DNA of 62,797 nucleotides. It comes from Bdellovibrionales bacterium (GTDB lineage: Bacteria > Bdellovibrionota > Bdellovibrionia > Bdellovibrionales > UBA1609). Below are positions 47,285 to 56,917 of this stretch, piece by piece. A program made the position numbers and the translations under genes. The stretch lies in NCBI GenBank assembly GCA_041690295.1, contig JAWLHR010000019.1, positions 1 through 62,797 of the forward strand. Direction: 5' to 3'. Position 1 is the first letter of the stretch. The number at the start of each line of letters is the position of its first letter. The notes below the pieces were generated by a model. That model saw nothing but the letters and a program-made list of their open reading frames with translations, had not been told where the DNA came from and searched no databases.

Positions 47285-48523
47285 TTAACCATGATTCACC
47301 CGCTTTAAAACGAATGGATAGGTGACCTTCACGTTGACGCCGCCCACGGGTTTGGGAAAGGACCACTTGCGTAAGCGGTTCAAAATGCAACCTTCCACGC
47401 TGGGGTCACCCAAAGAACTTGATCCGACACCGGCCGCGCTCACCCGGCCCTGACCGTTGATCGTGAAATTCACTCCAACCCGTCCGCTCAACTTGGGTTT
47501 GACCTGCAAACCTTTTTCGTAACAGTAAATCACTTCACCGATGTGCCGGTTGATCACGCCGGCGATTTGATCTTTGGTCAGACCGCCTTCCACGAGAGCT
47601 TCTTCGGTCACCGGCTCGAAGTAAGCGGCCGCGGTTCCGCCGAGATTCATGTCCCCATATCCGGGGCGACCGCCACCGGCCTGGCCGCGGGTTCCATATC
47701 CGCCGCCGCCCTCGACTTTTCCGCCCTGACCGGACGCCGCGACGATCAGACCTTTTCCATGAACGGCGCGTTCCATTCCGCCGGCGCCACCGGCTCCAGC
47801 TCCCGACCAGGAAGTGCCGCGAGAATTGTTTCGCGCGTTCAAATAAAATCCAGCGGAATTTTTCGATCCCGTTTTCATTCCTCCGAGAGCCCCCAAAGCC
47901 CCCACTTTATCGACCTTGATCTTCGTGCGAAGGGGAGCGTTGGCTTTCACCGGAGACTTGGCTTTGGCCGTCAATGTTTTCGAGACGGGCGTTTTGGGCT
48001 TAACAACTCTTTTGTTGGCGAATTTCTTGGGCACGACTTTTTTATCGGAAGGGCTGACGGTCACGCGCTCCACTTTGGGGATGTATTGTTGCGGAATCAC
48101 CGTGACGACTTCTTCGACATCTTTTTTAACGAACAAAGGTTCGATCAAAAGTCCCAGGATCAAGATGAGCGCCATAACGCCCAACTGAACATAAGCGGTG
48201 TACTTGTAGATGGTTTTTTCCTGATCGTCGGAGTCGGTTTCCAGATGGGTGAGCGATACGGTTTTGGCGATGTGATCCGTATAGCGGAAACGGCCGCCGT
48301 TCGCGAGCGACACGGAGCGGTTCATGGCGGTCTTGGCGGATGTCTTTTTGAGCACGTCAAAGGAAACGCCGTTTTCCTTGAGTTGATTAATGTCGGAAGT
48401 CACCTCGACCCGGCGGGTGTCGTGCCGGTAAATCACGTAAAACTCTTCCGAGTCGATGGCGAAGGTTCGTACGACTTCGCCTTTTTCATTTTCGAGTACA
48501 AAGCGTCCTGCCATCATACTCAT
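47285..48523 (-). CDS. AgmX/PglI (GltG-like) protein with TonB-C-like domain
   Basis: One TM, Gly-rich linker, and C-terminal CYEKGL..PKLSGRV...CIL..WSFPKPVGG..VTYPF. Confidence 0.85.
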   Translation of the reverse strand: MSMMAGRFVLENEKGEVVRTFAIDSEEFYVIYRHDTRRVEVTSDINQLKENGVSFDVLKKTSAKTAMNRSVSLANGGRFRYTDHIAKTVSLTHLETDSDDQEKTIYKYTAYVQLGVMALILILGLLIEPLFVKKDVEEVVTVIPQQYIPKVERVTVSPSDKKVVPKKFANKRVVKPKTPVSKTLTAKAKSPVKANAPLRTKIKVDKVGALGALGGMKTGSKNSAGFYLNARNNSRGTSWSGAGAGGAGGMERAVHGKGLIVAASGQGGKVEGGGGYGTRGQAGGGRPGYGDMNLGGTAAAYFEPVTEEALVEGGLTKDQIAGVINRHIGEVIYCYEKGLQVKPKLSGRVGVNFTINGQGRVSAAGVGSSSLGDPSVEGCILNRLRKWSFPKPVGGVNVKVTYPFVLKRVNHG

Positions 48524-48527
48524 TTCC

Positions 48528-48788
48528 TCACTCTTGTTCCGCCGCTTTTAACAAGCGGTCTTTAAAGTGCTTGCGAATCCCGATGAGATCCTTGAGCACT
48601 TTTTCGTTTTCCACTTTGGCCATGGCTTCGGTGGGCGTTTGATAGCGGCCGTGGAGAACGGAGTCGTTAAATCGCACGTCCGTTTGCAATTCACTTTTGC
48701 GAACTTCGATCTTTTTGACGGACGACTCCGAGGCCCAGGCCCCTGCAACATGCAATCCAATTAGAAAAATTACCAAAAACGACCTCAT
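48528..48788 (-). CDS. Small periplasmic GltF/CglF-like protein
   Basis: Signal peptide; VRFNDSVLHGRYQTP...LIGIRKHF. Confidence 0.7.
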   Translation of the reverse strand: MRSFLVIFLIGLHVAGAWASESSVKKIEVRKSELQTDVRFNDSVLHGRYQTPTEAMAKVENEKVLKDLIGIRKHFKDRLLKAAEQE

Positions 48789-51763
48789 AACTTCTGCCCC
48801 TTGCGCATTTGCGCGATTCTCTCGTCGAGATAGACCACCATCGCCGATCGTCCGGCCATCGCTTCAAGCTCCCGCAAACGCTTTGCTTTTGAGGGATCAA
48901 AGGGATTGGATTGAAGCTCACGTCGGGCCACGAGAATGTCTTTTTGCGAAGGCCGGCGGTAAGGGGTGTTCAACAAATCACGTAGACGTTTTTGGTCACT
49001 TTCAGGCGCAACTTTGGCCAGTTCTTTAATCTCGGCGCGATATATTTTTTGCAACTCACTGGTCGAAGACATCATCGCCGTCTGTAAGTTTTGAAAGGAG
49101 CGGGTATCACGCCATAAGCGGCCGAGGTCCGTCTCGATGGCGGCGGCGCGATTCAGATAGGATTGGCTTTTTTCTTTGAGCAAGCGCGTGTATTCGGATT
49201 TTTGTTGCGCGTTCAGGTTGCGTGGAACGGGAAGAGCGAGAACATCATTGTACATGCGGCGGTTTTCGCGCGCGACGATCGAAAGTGTATAAAGCTGTAA
49301 GGTCCAGTCCGCTTGCTTGATCGCTTGAGCCGCCAGTCGCTCACTTTCACCCAGCAGTCGCAGTCGCTCGCGGATGGAGTTCTGCATGACTTTTTCGTTG
49401 TAAGCGTACAAACGATGCCCGCTGATCTTCGCGTTGAACTGAGCCAGTGATTTCAGTTCAATGTGCCGGTGGAGCGTTTGCCCGGCGGGATGGGATTTAA
49501 CGCCCGCTATTTTTAAAATCGCCTTGGCGCGGGCGAGATCGGCTTTGCGGGCGAAGGTCTCGAGTGTAATGCCGGCGAGAAGATCGGGAGTTTTTCGCAG
49601 TTGATCGCGGTGACGATCGAGTTCCTTCCAGGGATTTCCCGAGCTTCGGATCAAGCTCACGCGGACAAGGTTCTTGGCCCGTGTGTTTTTGGAAAGCTTT
49701 AAGATCGCTTCGTTATGTTTACGGGCGTCGAGTCCCGCCAGCTCGGCGAGCAGGGCGAGCCGAAGTTCCCGATCCGCTTTGGACAAGTGCGGAAAGCTCA
49801 TTTTCAAGCTGAGGCGGTAGGCGTCGGCGAAGTTCAGTTTCAGTTCGGAGACCCAGACTTTTTGCGACATCGCCCATTCGCGGTCGGTGTCCGAGAGTCC
49901 GGGGACTTTCAAAAGTTGATCGGCGGTGGCGAATACGGCATCCAGTTCCAAGGCTTTTTGCGCCACAATGATTTTGTTGCGGTAAAATTTGATTTTTTCC
50001 TTGTCGTCCGCGCCGTCAAGATTGACCTGATTGAGCGTGGCCAGGTTTTCCTTATAAACCGAGCGATTTAGATTTTCGCGGTTCAAATTCGCCGCCACGA
50101 TATTGAGCGTGGCCGTGCGCGAAATTTTCAAATACTCTTTCTTTCGTTGAGGAAAAAGGCGGGCGTATTCGAGGGCCCGCAGCTGAATGGCGGGATCGTC
50201 TTTTTGCGCGACGAGCGCGTCCAGTGCCAAGTCGGCGGATTTCACTTTCAAGTCCGAGCTGTCTTTACCCGGTCGATTGGCGATTTCGTGAAACTCGGAA
50301 TAGGCTTCCTTATGGCGTTTACTCTTATAGTAAACATTCGCGCGCAGAAATTTGATTTCCAGGGCGCGCGGGCCGTTCGGGTTCACCGTCAGATAATTCG
50401 TGTAGGCGGATTCTTTGGCCTTTTCGTCCTTGGCGCTTTCGGCCATTTCGATTTCGCCCAGGAGAGAACCTTCGAAGATGTTCTTCAGTGATTTATTGCT
50501 TGGATCCTTGCCAAGCTCGAGACGGGCTTGGTCGGACGCCTGGCGGAAGAGCTGACCGGCGATTTTATACTTCTTAAGTTCACTGGCCACCTGGGCGGCC
50601 CAGTGAACCATGTCGGTTTCGGGAAAAACTTTGATGTACGCCTGGTAGGACCGGAGAAGGGCAGTGGTGGGCTTGCGGCTTTGTGCCTTATGCCAGCCGG
50701 TCACGAAACGACGTAAAGCGGATTTGAGCTCATTGCACTTGTCCGCGTCCGAACAGCCGTTTTTAGTCCAGATTTGCAGTGCCTGTTCATACTCATTGGT
50801 GGCGGCTTCCAGTTGATTGAGATCATAGTGGATCAGCGCCAGTCGGACTTTAATTTCAAGTTTTTCAATCGGCGAGACTTCGCCTTCTTCCGCGTAGGCG
50901 GCCCAGGCTTGGATCGCGACTTTTTTCTTTCCCAGCCGGTCACATTCTTCCGCGAGAACTTTAAGATTGTTTTTACGGACCGGCTCCGGACTTAATTCCT
51001 TGAGCCGTTCAATTTGACGGCGGTCGACGGAAACGCGGGCCATGAATCGCGCCAGATCCGCGGAAATGTCCTGGGCGAATGTGGAGTCGATTTGGTCTTG
51101 CGAGCCGCTGTAGGTGGACAGGATTTTGGGGTTTTGCAAGAGATGACTCAGGGTTTTCACGGCCGTTTGGAATTGGCCCAGGTTAAATTGGCACCAAGCC
51201 AGGCGGAATTCATTGAGCGCGCGATTACGGAGATTTTCACGGCCGGCTTGTTCGAAATAGGACTTGGCCTTTTTGAAATCGCCTTTTTGAAACTCGATTT
51301 CGCCGAGACTGGCGAGCGCGACCGCTCTCACTTCGGACGAGTAAGTTCGACCGGCGGCGAGTTTTCGGTAAATGGCGATGGATTTTTCGGGTTGGCCCTG
51401 CAGTTGGTGAAGGTGGGCCAATTGCACAAGCACCTCACCATGACGTGACTTTTCGATTCTAGGCAGGGCCAGATTGTAAAGCTCGATAGCGCGGAGGCGA
51501 TCGGCCCGGGAGGCCTTGCAGTTGTCTTTGCATTCACCCGAAAGCTCATTCATGGCTTTCAGGCGGGCGCGGTCGGCATAGAGATCCGCCAAGCGAAGAA
51601 GAACACCGGGGCGCTCTTCGGCCTTCGGGTCCATGGACTCAAGACTGATCTCCAGACGCTGGATCACCAGATCATGAGTCGCTTCATCCATTTTGACGGC
51701 CCAGGCGCTATCCAGGGAAATGGTAAAAATTAGAATCACCCACGCCGCGCGGCACACGTTCAT
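48785..51763 (-). CDS. Large periplasmic TPR protein (GltD/AgmU-like)
   Basis: Signal peptide from ATG 51763, LLRLADLY and many TPRs; first gene of the operon. Confidence 0.75.
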   Translation of the reverse strand: MNVCRAAWVILIFTISLDSAWAVKMDEATHDLVIQRLEISLESMDPKAEERPGVLLRLADLYADRARLKAMNELSGECKDNCKASRADRLRAIELYNLALPRIEKSRHGEVLVQLAHLHQLQGQPEKSIAIYRKLAAGRTYSSEVRAVALASLGEIEFQKGDFKKAKSYFEQAGRENLRNRALNEFRLAWCQFNLGQFQTAVKTLSHLLQNPKILSTYSGSQDQIDSTFAQDISADLARFMARVSVDRRQIERLKELSPEPVRKNNLKVLAEECDRLGKKKVAIQAWAAYAEEGEVSPIEKLEIKVRLALIHYDLNQLEAATNEYEQALQIWTKNGCSDADKCNELKSALRRFVTGWHKAQSRKPTTALLRSYQAYIKVFPETDMVHWAAQVASELKKYKIAGQLFRQASDQARLELGKDPSNKSLKNIFEGSLLGEIEMAESAKDEKAKESAYTNYLTVNPNGPRALEIKFLRANVYYKSKRHKEAYSEFHEIANRPGKDSSDLKVKSADLALDALVAQKDDPAIQLRALEYARLFPQRKKEYLKISRTATLNIVAANLNRENLNRSVYKENLATLNQVNLDGADDKEKIKFYRNKIIVAQKALELDAVFATADQLLKVPGLSDTDREWAMSQKVWVSELKLNFADAYRLSLKMSFPHLSKADRELRLALLAELAGLDARKHNEAILKLSKNTRAKNLVRVSLIRSSGNPWKELDRHRDQLRKTPDLLAGITLETFARKADLARAKAILKIAGVKSHPAGQTLHRHIELKSLAQFNAKISGHRLYAYNEKVMQNSIRERLRLLGESERLAAQAIKQADWTLQLYTLSIVARENRRMYNDVLALPVPRNLNAQQKSEYTRLLKEKSQSYLNRAAAIETDLGRLWRDTRSFQNLQTAMMSSTSELQKIYRAEIKELAKVAPESDQKRLRDLLNTPYRRPSQKDILVARRELQSNPFDPSKAKRLRELEAMAGRSAMVVYLDERIAQMRKGQKL

Positions 51764-51920
51764 CAGACACCCCACGAATTTTGCTCCAATTCGCAAGGTC
51801 TGTGCCGCAAACAAAAACCGCCAGGTGTCGATTTCCTGGCGGTTCGCGAACTCCCGTTGCCAATTCTTGTCACTCACTGTCGCTTTTGGTTACGGGGTAA
51901 ATTTTTTAAAATGATTTCCG

Positions 51921-52871
51921 TTACTTTGTGTCGTTCTCTTTCGTCTTGTTGAGCTTTTCCCGGAGTTGTTCTTTCGCTTTCTCGATATCTTCGCGGCTTA
52001 TCTTCACGACCTCGATTTCATGATTGGCGCCTAAAACCACGTTACTTACGCAATTGATGTAAAGAGGAATGGTTTCGGTCACCCGGCAGTCTTCTTCGGC
52101 CGGCTGATTGAGTAGAAACTCCATGGCCCGCTTCTTATACATAAACCGACGAGCTCGGCATATCTCCGAGTTGTCCAGGTAGTCGTAACGGGTGGCAAGA
52201 ATGGCGGCGTTCTCAGTTGAAATTTCATGGTGAATCAAAAAGTCATAAAACTTTTGATCCAGGCGCGATTGATCTGTCCATCGGCTGGCGCACTCTTTAT
52301 CGGATTTCTTCTGGATTTCTTCCATGGAAGATTTTCCGAAGTCCATGTTATATTCGTCGAGAAAGCCTAACTCAAAATCGCTAAGCTGATAGGTTTTCTG
52401 ACCTTGTTGGCTGTTCTGAAATTGTTCAGGAACGGGTGGAACGGGTCTGCTTGCTCCGCCGTCATTGATGCGCACGTACTCCAAAGTGGCTGGTTTGGGT
52501 TGGCTCACCTTGATGGTGAAGCCCTCGTCGGTAGGAATGAGATCACCGCTCAATGGACCGTCTTCGTCAGTGCCTTTGATTTTGATTTTATTCTTGGTGC
52601 AAATCGCGGTGGCGTGGAACTGCCCATCTTTTGAAGTTTGGGTTTTGCCGTTCACAACGATGGGTTCGCCGGAGTCAATTTGTATCACCAACTCACCCGC
52701 CTCGTTCAGAGTGATTTCCGCAAGGAAGTCAATGCTGTCCGATAAGTGATACCGGCCGACGACATCCGGGCACTCCGAGGGCTTATGGGTGAAATCCTCG
52801 TTTGATTTCCCTTTTTTTGAACAGCCGGCGATCAGCAAGCCGACCAATAAGCACGAAATAACCTTATTCAT
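51921..52871 (-). CDS. Hypothetical lipoprotein
   Basis: Lipobox IAGC after MNKVISCLL. Confidence 0.75.
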   Translation of the reverse strand: MNKVISCLLVGLLIAGCSKKGKSNEDFTHKPSECPDVVGRYHLSDSIDFLAEITLNEAGELVIQIDSGEPIVVNGKTQTSKDGQFHATAICTKNKIKIKGTDEDGPLSGDLIPTDEGFTIKVSQPKPATLEYVRINDGGASRPVPPVPEQFQNSQQGQKTYQLSDFELGFLDEYNMDFGKSSMEEIQKKSDKECASRWTDQSRLDQKFYDFLIHHEISTENAAILATRYDYLDNSEICRARRFMYKKRAMEFLLNQPAEEDCRVTETIPLYINCVSNVVLGANHEIEVVKISREDIEKAKEQLREKLNKTKENDTK

Positions 52872-53034
52872 GCAATGCACCTCTTTTTGTTTAGCCAATA
52901 TAATTTTTATCAGAGCGTCGGCTGAATTGGCACATCCGCCGCCTTAAGCTACGGTCCAATCGTTCCGGACTCAAGTGAGGTGGAACGGAAATCAATGTTC
53001 GTGCCGGGGATGAAGGTGACGGAAACCTGAATAA

Positions 53035-53613
53035 GTGATTCAATGTTATATCGGTATGACTCATCGGAAGCGGACTCTTTTTATTGGCGTTAGACCGAGC
53101 GGATTGGAAGAGAACCGCGCGCTGAGAACGTTGATTTCCAAGATGAAACGCACATTGAATCAGCGCGAGGTGGAAAGTCGGTGGATTCCGCCGGAACTTT
53201 GGCACATGACTCTCCTTTTTCTCGGACCCGTCGGTGACGAGCGGGAGATTCTAGAAAAATTCGGTCAGTGGTCTCCACCTGCCGAAGAATTCGACATGAT
53301 TATCGAAGGCGTGGGCGCTTTTCCCGAGCCGCGATCCGGACGGGTGTTATGGCTCGGCGTCCGTCGCACTCAAGCGTTACTGAATCTTCAGACCCACTTG
53401 GAGGAGCATTTTCAAATCGAGGATCGGGAGTTCGTGCCGCATATTACCTTGGCGCGATTCCGCAATCTGAATTCTTTGGAAGATTTGGTCCAGCTTGGCG
53501 GTAGAAAATCCATGGGGGCCTACCCGGTGAGCGAGGTTGTGCTTTTTGAATCCGTTCTTGAAGGCGCAATGGTCAAGTACGTTCCTCTTTCTCGTCGGCC
53601 CATAAAGGCATGA
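53035..53613 (+). CDS. thpR: RNA 2',3'-cyclic phosphodiesterase (2H family)
   Basis: HMTLLFLG, PHITLAR and GAFP. Confidence 0.9.
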   Translation: MIQCYIGMTHRKRTLFIGVRPSGLEENRALRTLISKMKRTLNQREVESRWIPPELWHMTLLFLGPVGDEREILEKFGQWSPPAEEFDMIIEGVGAFPEPRSGRVLWLGVRRTQALLNLQTHLEEHFQIEDREFVPHITLARFRNLNSLEDLVQLGGRKSMGAYPVSEVVLFESVLEGAMVKYVPLSRRPIKA

Positions 53614-53703
53614 TGGGTTCATATCCGCCAAAACACTTGTAAGCGCCTCGGGCTCTCGGGTACGATTGGTGTCATCGCTGCTGCGATTCATGGGGAGTGG
53701 GCC

Positions 53704-54456
53704 ATGTCGGTTTTCAAAAGGAAATTTGCGTTTTTAAAAATGGCGGCCGTGCTCTTGCCGGCGCTTGCGTTAATCACCGGCTGCAATCCCAAGCCGAAAG
53801 ATTTGGATGAACGGGGAGCTTACGCCTATGGCGTGCAGTTCGGGCGGAATATGAAGCGGCAGGAAGTTCAATTGGATCCCCGGTTTCTGGCGAAAGGCGT
53901 GGTCGATGGTTACACCGACAATCTGGTGATGACGGATCAGGAAATTCAAGACGCGCTCGCCGACATGTCGGATGAGCGGCGCAAAATTCAAAGAGAAAAG
54001 GCCGACGTCAATCTTAAAATCGCCGACGATTTTATCGAAAAGAACAAGACCGCCGAGGATGTTCAAGAAACCGCCAGCGGTTTGCAATACAAAATCATCG
54101 AGCCGGGTTCGGGGCCTTCACCGAATGAAAATTCCATTGCCGTGGTGAATTACAAGGTCAAATTGATCGACGGCACTGAGGTGGAGTCGACGGAAAAACG
54201 AGGTCGTCCGGCGGAACTGCCGCTTCGAGCCATACCGAAAGGATTGGCGGAAGGATTGCAATTGTTGAAGAAAGACGGGAAAGCGGTGTTTTGGATTCAC
54301 CCGAAAATCGGCTACGGCGATCGCCAACGTATTCGCATGCCGCCCAATTCACTTTTGATTTATGATGTGGAATTGGTGGACGTAAAATCCGCGCCCCCGG
54401 CGAAGCGGGCTCAGGCACCCGGGGCGAAGCGGCCTCAGCCGCGGACCAGGAATTAA
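53704..54456 (+). CDS. FKBP-type PPIase (FkpA/Mip-like) lipoprotein
   Basis: Dimerisation domain AYAYG, TASGLQY, GYG and PPNSLLIYDVEL. Some active-site positions look substituted (VEST for FDSS, GLAEG for GWDEG). Confidence 0.88.
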   Translation: MSVFKRKFAFLKMAAVLLPALALITGCNPKPKDLDERGAYAYGVQFGRNMKRQEVQLDPRFLAKGVVDGYTDNLVMTDQEIQDALADMSDERRKIQREKADVNLKIADDFIEKNKTAEDVQETASGLQYKIIEPGSGPSPNENSIAVVNYKVKLIDGTEVESTEKRGRPAELPLRAIPKGLAEGLQLLKKDGKAVFWIHPKIGYGDRQRIRMPPNSLLIYDVELVDVKSAPPAKRAQAPGAKRPQPRTRN

Positions 54457-55454
54457 GCGTTCTTTTCAAAGAAGTTGTTGAAGGTCGCCACCACCGGATA
54501 ATGATCGGACGGCAGGTAAAGCCGTTGCTCCAAAGTGGTTGGCAGTGGTAGCGGCAGATTGAGTTCACTTCGGTAGCGAAAGATCTCGCATTCGTCGGCG
54601 ATCAGGTGATCTTTCAGTTCAGGTGAAACGAAAATATAATCAATTTGCAAAGGTTGAATGGTCCCGTTTCTTTGGAACTGCAATTGCGTCCCGGTTTGCT
54701 CGCCGCCGCGGCCGAGGATATCCATCACGCTATCCAGATCCGTCGTGGTTAAAGCCTGAAATTCAGGAGCGAGATTGCTGCGAGTGGCGCAACCATTGAA
54801 GTCACCGGCCAAGATCACCGGAACGGGCGGCGAAAACTCGGCCCGAAGTTGCTGGTAGATCTCGATCACGGCATCCACTTCCGCTTTGCGGCGGTCCTTT
54901 CCTTCCGGATCGATCCCGTCGGGATCCAATTTGGATTTGAAATGAACCGAAAGACAAATCAGGTCCGGCCGTGACGAGCCTGGCCGGTGGATTCTCAGTT
55001 CCGCGCAGTCGCGCGAAAAATAATGGGTCCGTGGCGCGTCGACTTCGTGCGGGTACACGAGTTTCAACGGCCGGTCCTTGTAACTGCGCAATTCACACTG
55101 AAAGGGAAAGTCTTGGCGAACAAGGTATCCGACATCGATTCCCCGGTCGGAATTGCCTTCCACCAGGTACGGCTTGTACTTGTCTTGCAAAAAATGGTGG
55201 GCGAAATTGCGTAAGGATTCTTCGCCGCCGACCTCGCAAATAAAGACGAGATCGGCGTTTATGGCCAGCAGGCTGTCCGCCAACCACAACGTTTTCACCA
55301 ACGATTTGTTGGGAACCGTCGCATGCGAAAGCTTCTGCCACTCTTTTTCGGATAACCGGCGCCAATCCCGTGGGGTGTTGTCGTCGAGAAACAGAAATAG
55401 ATTTTCGGCGTTGAGCTGCGCGATTTTAAAAGTGTTTGGCCAGACCCCGCCCAT
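54453..55454 (-). CDS. Endonuclease/exonuclease/phosphatase-family protein
   Basis: NAENLF, CEV, HFKSK, AGDFN, IDYIF and SDHYP. Confidence 0.92.
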   Translation of the reverse strand: MGGVWPNTFKIAQLNAENLFLFLDDNTPRDWRRLSEKEWQKLSHATVPNKSLVKTLWLADSLLAINADLVFICEVGGEESLRNFAHHFLQDKYKPYLVEGNSDRGIDVGYLVRQDFPFQCELRSYKDRPLKLVYPHEVDAPRTHYFSRDCAELRIHRPGSSRPDLICLSVHFKSKLDPDGIDPEGKDRRKAEVDAVIEIYQQLRAEFSPPVPVILAGDFNGCATRSNLAPEFQALTTTDLDSVMDILGRGGEQTGTQLQFQRNGTIQPLQIDYIFVSPELKDHLIADECEIFRYRSELNLPLPLPTTLEQRLYLPSDHYPVVATFNNFFEKNA

Positions 55455-56917
55455 ATGACTATGATAGCCGCAATCCCAGGGGAAAGGAAATTATGGCTTC
55501 GAAAAAGTATTGGGGATTGGAACGCGGACCTTTGCTCGCGCGCTGTTTGTCGCAAGCGGGCGGAAAATCACGAAGGCAGGCCGTCGTCAAAGTATTGCCC
55601 GGAGTCAAGAAGGGAGCGCTCCTCGGCGTGACCGGGGACGAACAGCGGCTGAATGTGACCATTGTGCCGGCGGGAAATGGGGAAATCGAAAAGGAGGCGG
55701 CGCTTAAGTCGCCTTTGGAGGTCAGAATCCGCGATGCCATGGGATCATTGGTTGGAGTGTTGGAGAAGTACGAAGTGGACTTCGCCACGATCGATCTCGA
55801 CGGCTCGGTCAAATTGGTCGACGCCATGGCTCTCGGGCTGGAGTTGGCCCTTTACCGATACCTTCGGGTTTTGAAAGGCGAGGAGCCCAAGTTCAAACTT
55901 GAAATCAAGTGCAAAGGACGCTCACTGCCCTTAAAAGCGCTTCAGCCGGGAATGAATTTGGGCTGGGCCACGAACATCGCGCGGCACCTGACCAATCTTC
56001 CGCCCAATGTTTTGAATCCGGTCACTTATGCCGACTTCGCCGTCTCATTCATGAAGAACATGAAGGGTGTCAAAGTCGAAGTTTGGGATGAGAAGCGCTT
56101 GGCGGCGGAAAATATGAATCTCCATTTGGGCGCGGGCCGAGGTGGCGCGGCGGCTCCGCGCTTGGTCCGAATCCGTTATTCGGGAGCCGCGAAAAAACCG
56201 CATATCGCTCTCGTTGGGAAGGGTGTGACCTTTGATTCCGGCGGCCTGGATATCAAGCCCGCGAACGGGATGCGGTTGATGAAAAAGGACATGGGTGGGT
56301 CGGCGGCGGTTTTCGCCACCTTATATTGGGCCGCGCACACCAAGGCTAAATGCAACCTCGACGGCTATTTGGCTCTTGCTGAAAACGCGATCGACTCCGG
56401 AAGTTTTCGTCCCAGTGACGTGCTGGTCGCGCGCAACGGGCTGAGCGTGGAAATTCATAACACCGACGCCGAAGGGCGATTGGTTTTGGCCGACGCACTG
56501 GATGTGGCTGTCAGTCAGAAACCCCGTTGCGTGATCGATGTGGCCACATTGACGGGCGCGATCAAGGCGGGGCTTGGCTCGCAAATCGCCGGGCTCTTTG
56601 GCAATGACCGGCGGCTCACATCGGCTTTACAAAAAGCCGGGCAACAAAGTGGGGATTTGAATTGGCCTATGCCCTTATTCCAGCGCTACATGTCTCAGCT
56701 CAAATCCAACTTCGCCGATTTGGTGAACTGTTCGGATGGTTTTGGTGGTGCTGTCACCGCGGCGTTGTTTTTGGAAAGATTCACCGGCGATGTGCCTTGG
56801 GCCCACTTGGATATTTACGCCTGGAAAGATGCGCCGGAAGGGGCGTGGCTTGAATCCGGCGGAAGCGGCCAAGGGGTGTTGTGTTTATCCCAGTGGTTGC
56901 GCGATCACGGGCGGTAA
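55436..56917 (+). CDS. pepA: M17 leucyl aminopeptidase
   Basis: VGKGVTFDSGG, MKKDMGG and NTDAEGRL. Confidence 0.9.
   Translation: MARPRPYDYDSRNPRGKEIMASKKYWGLERGPLLARCLSQAGGKSRRQAVVKVLPGVKKGALLGVTGDEQRLNVTIVPAGNGEIEKEAALKSPLEVRIRDAMGSLVGVLEKYEVDFATIDLDGSVKLVDAMALGLELALYRYLRVLKGEEPKFKLEIKCKGRSLPLKALQPGMNLGWATNIARHLTNLPPNVLNPVTYADFAVSFMKNMKGVKVEVWDEKRLAAENMNLHLGAGRGGAAAPRLVRIRYSGAAKKPHIALVGKGVTFDSGGLDIKPANGMRLMKKDMGGSAAVFATLYWAAHTKAKCNLDGYLALAENAIDSGSFRPSDVLVARNGLSVEIHNTDAEGRLVLADALDVAVSQKPRCVIDVATLTGAIKAGLGSQIAGLFGNDRRLTSALQKAGQQSGDLNWPMPLFQRYMSQLKSNFADLVNCSDGFGGAVTAALFLERFTGDVPWAHLDIYAWKDAPEGAWLESGGSGQGVLCLSQWLRDHGR

Noticed and set aside
45512..48565. 320-aa and 340-aa plus-strand ORFs
   Set aside because: Antisense shadows of the beta-barrel and GltG-like genes; no motifs.
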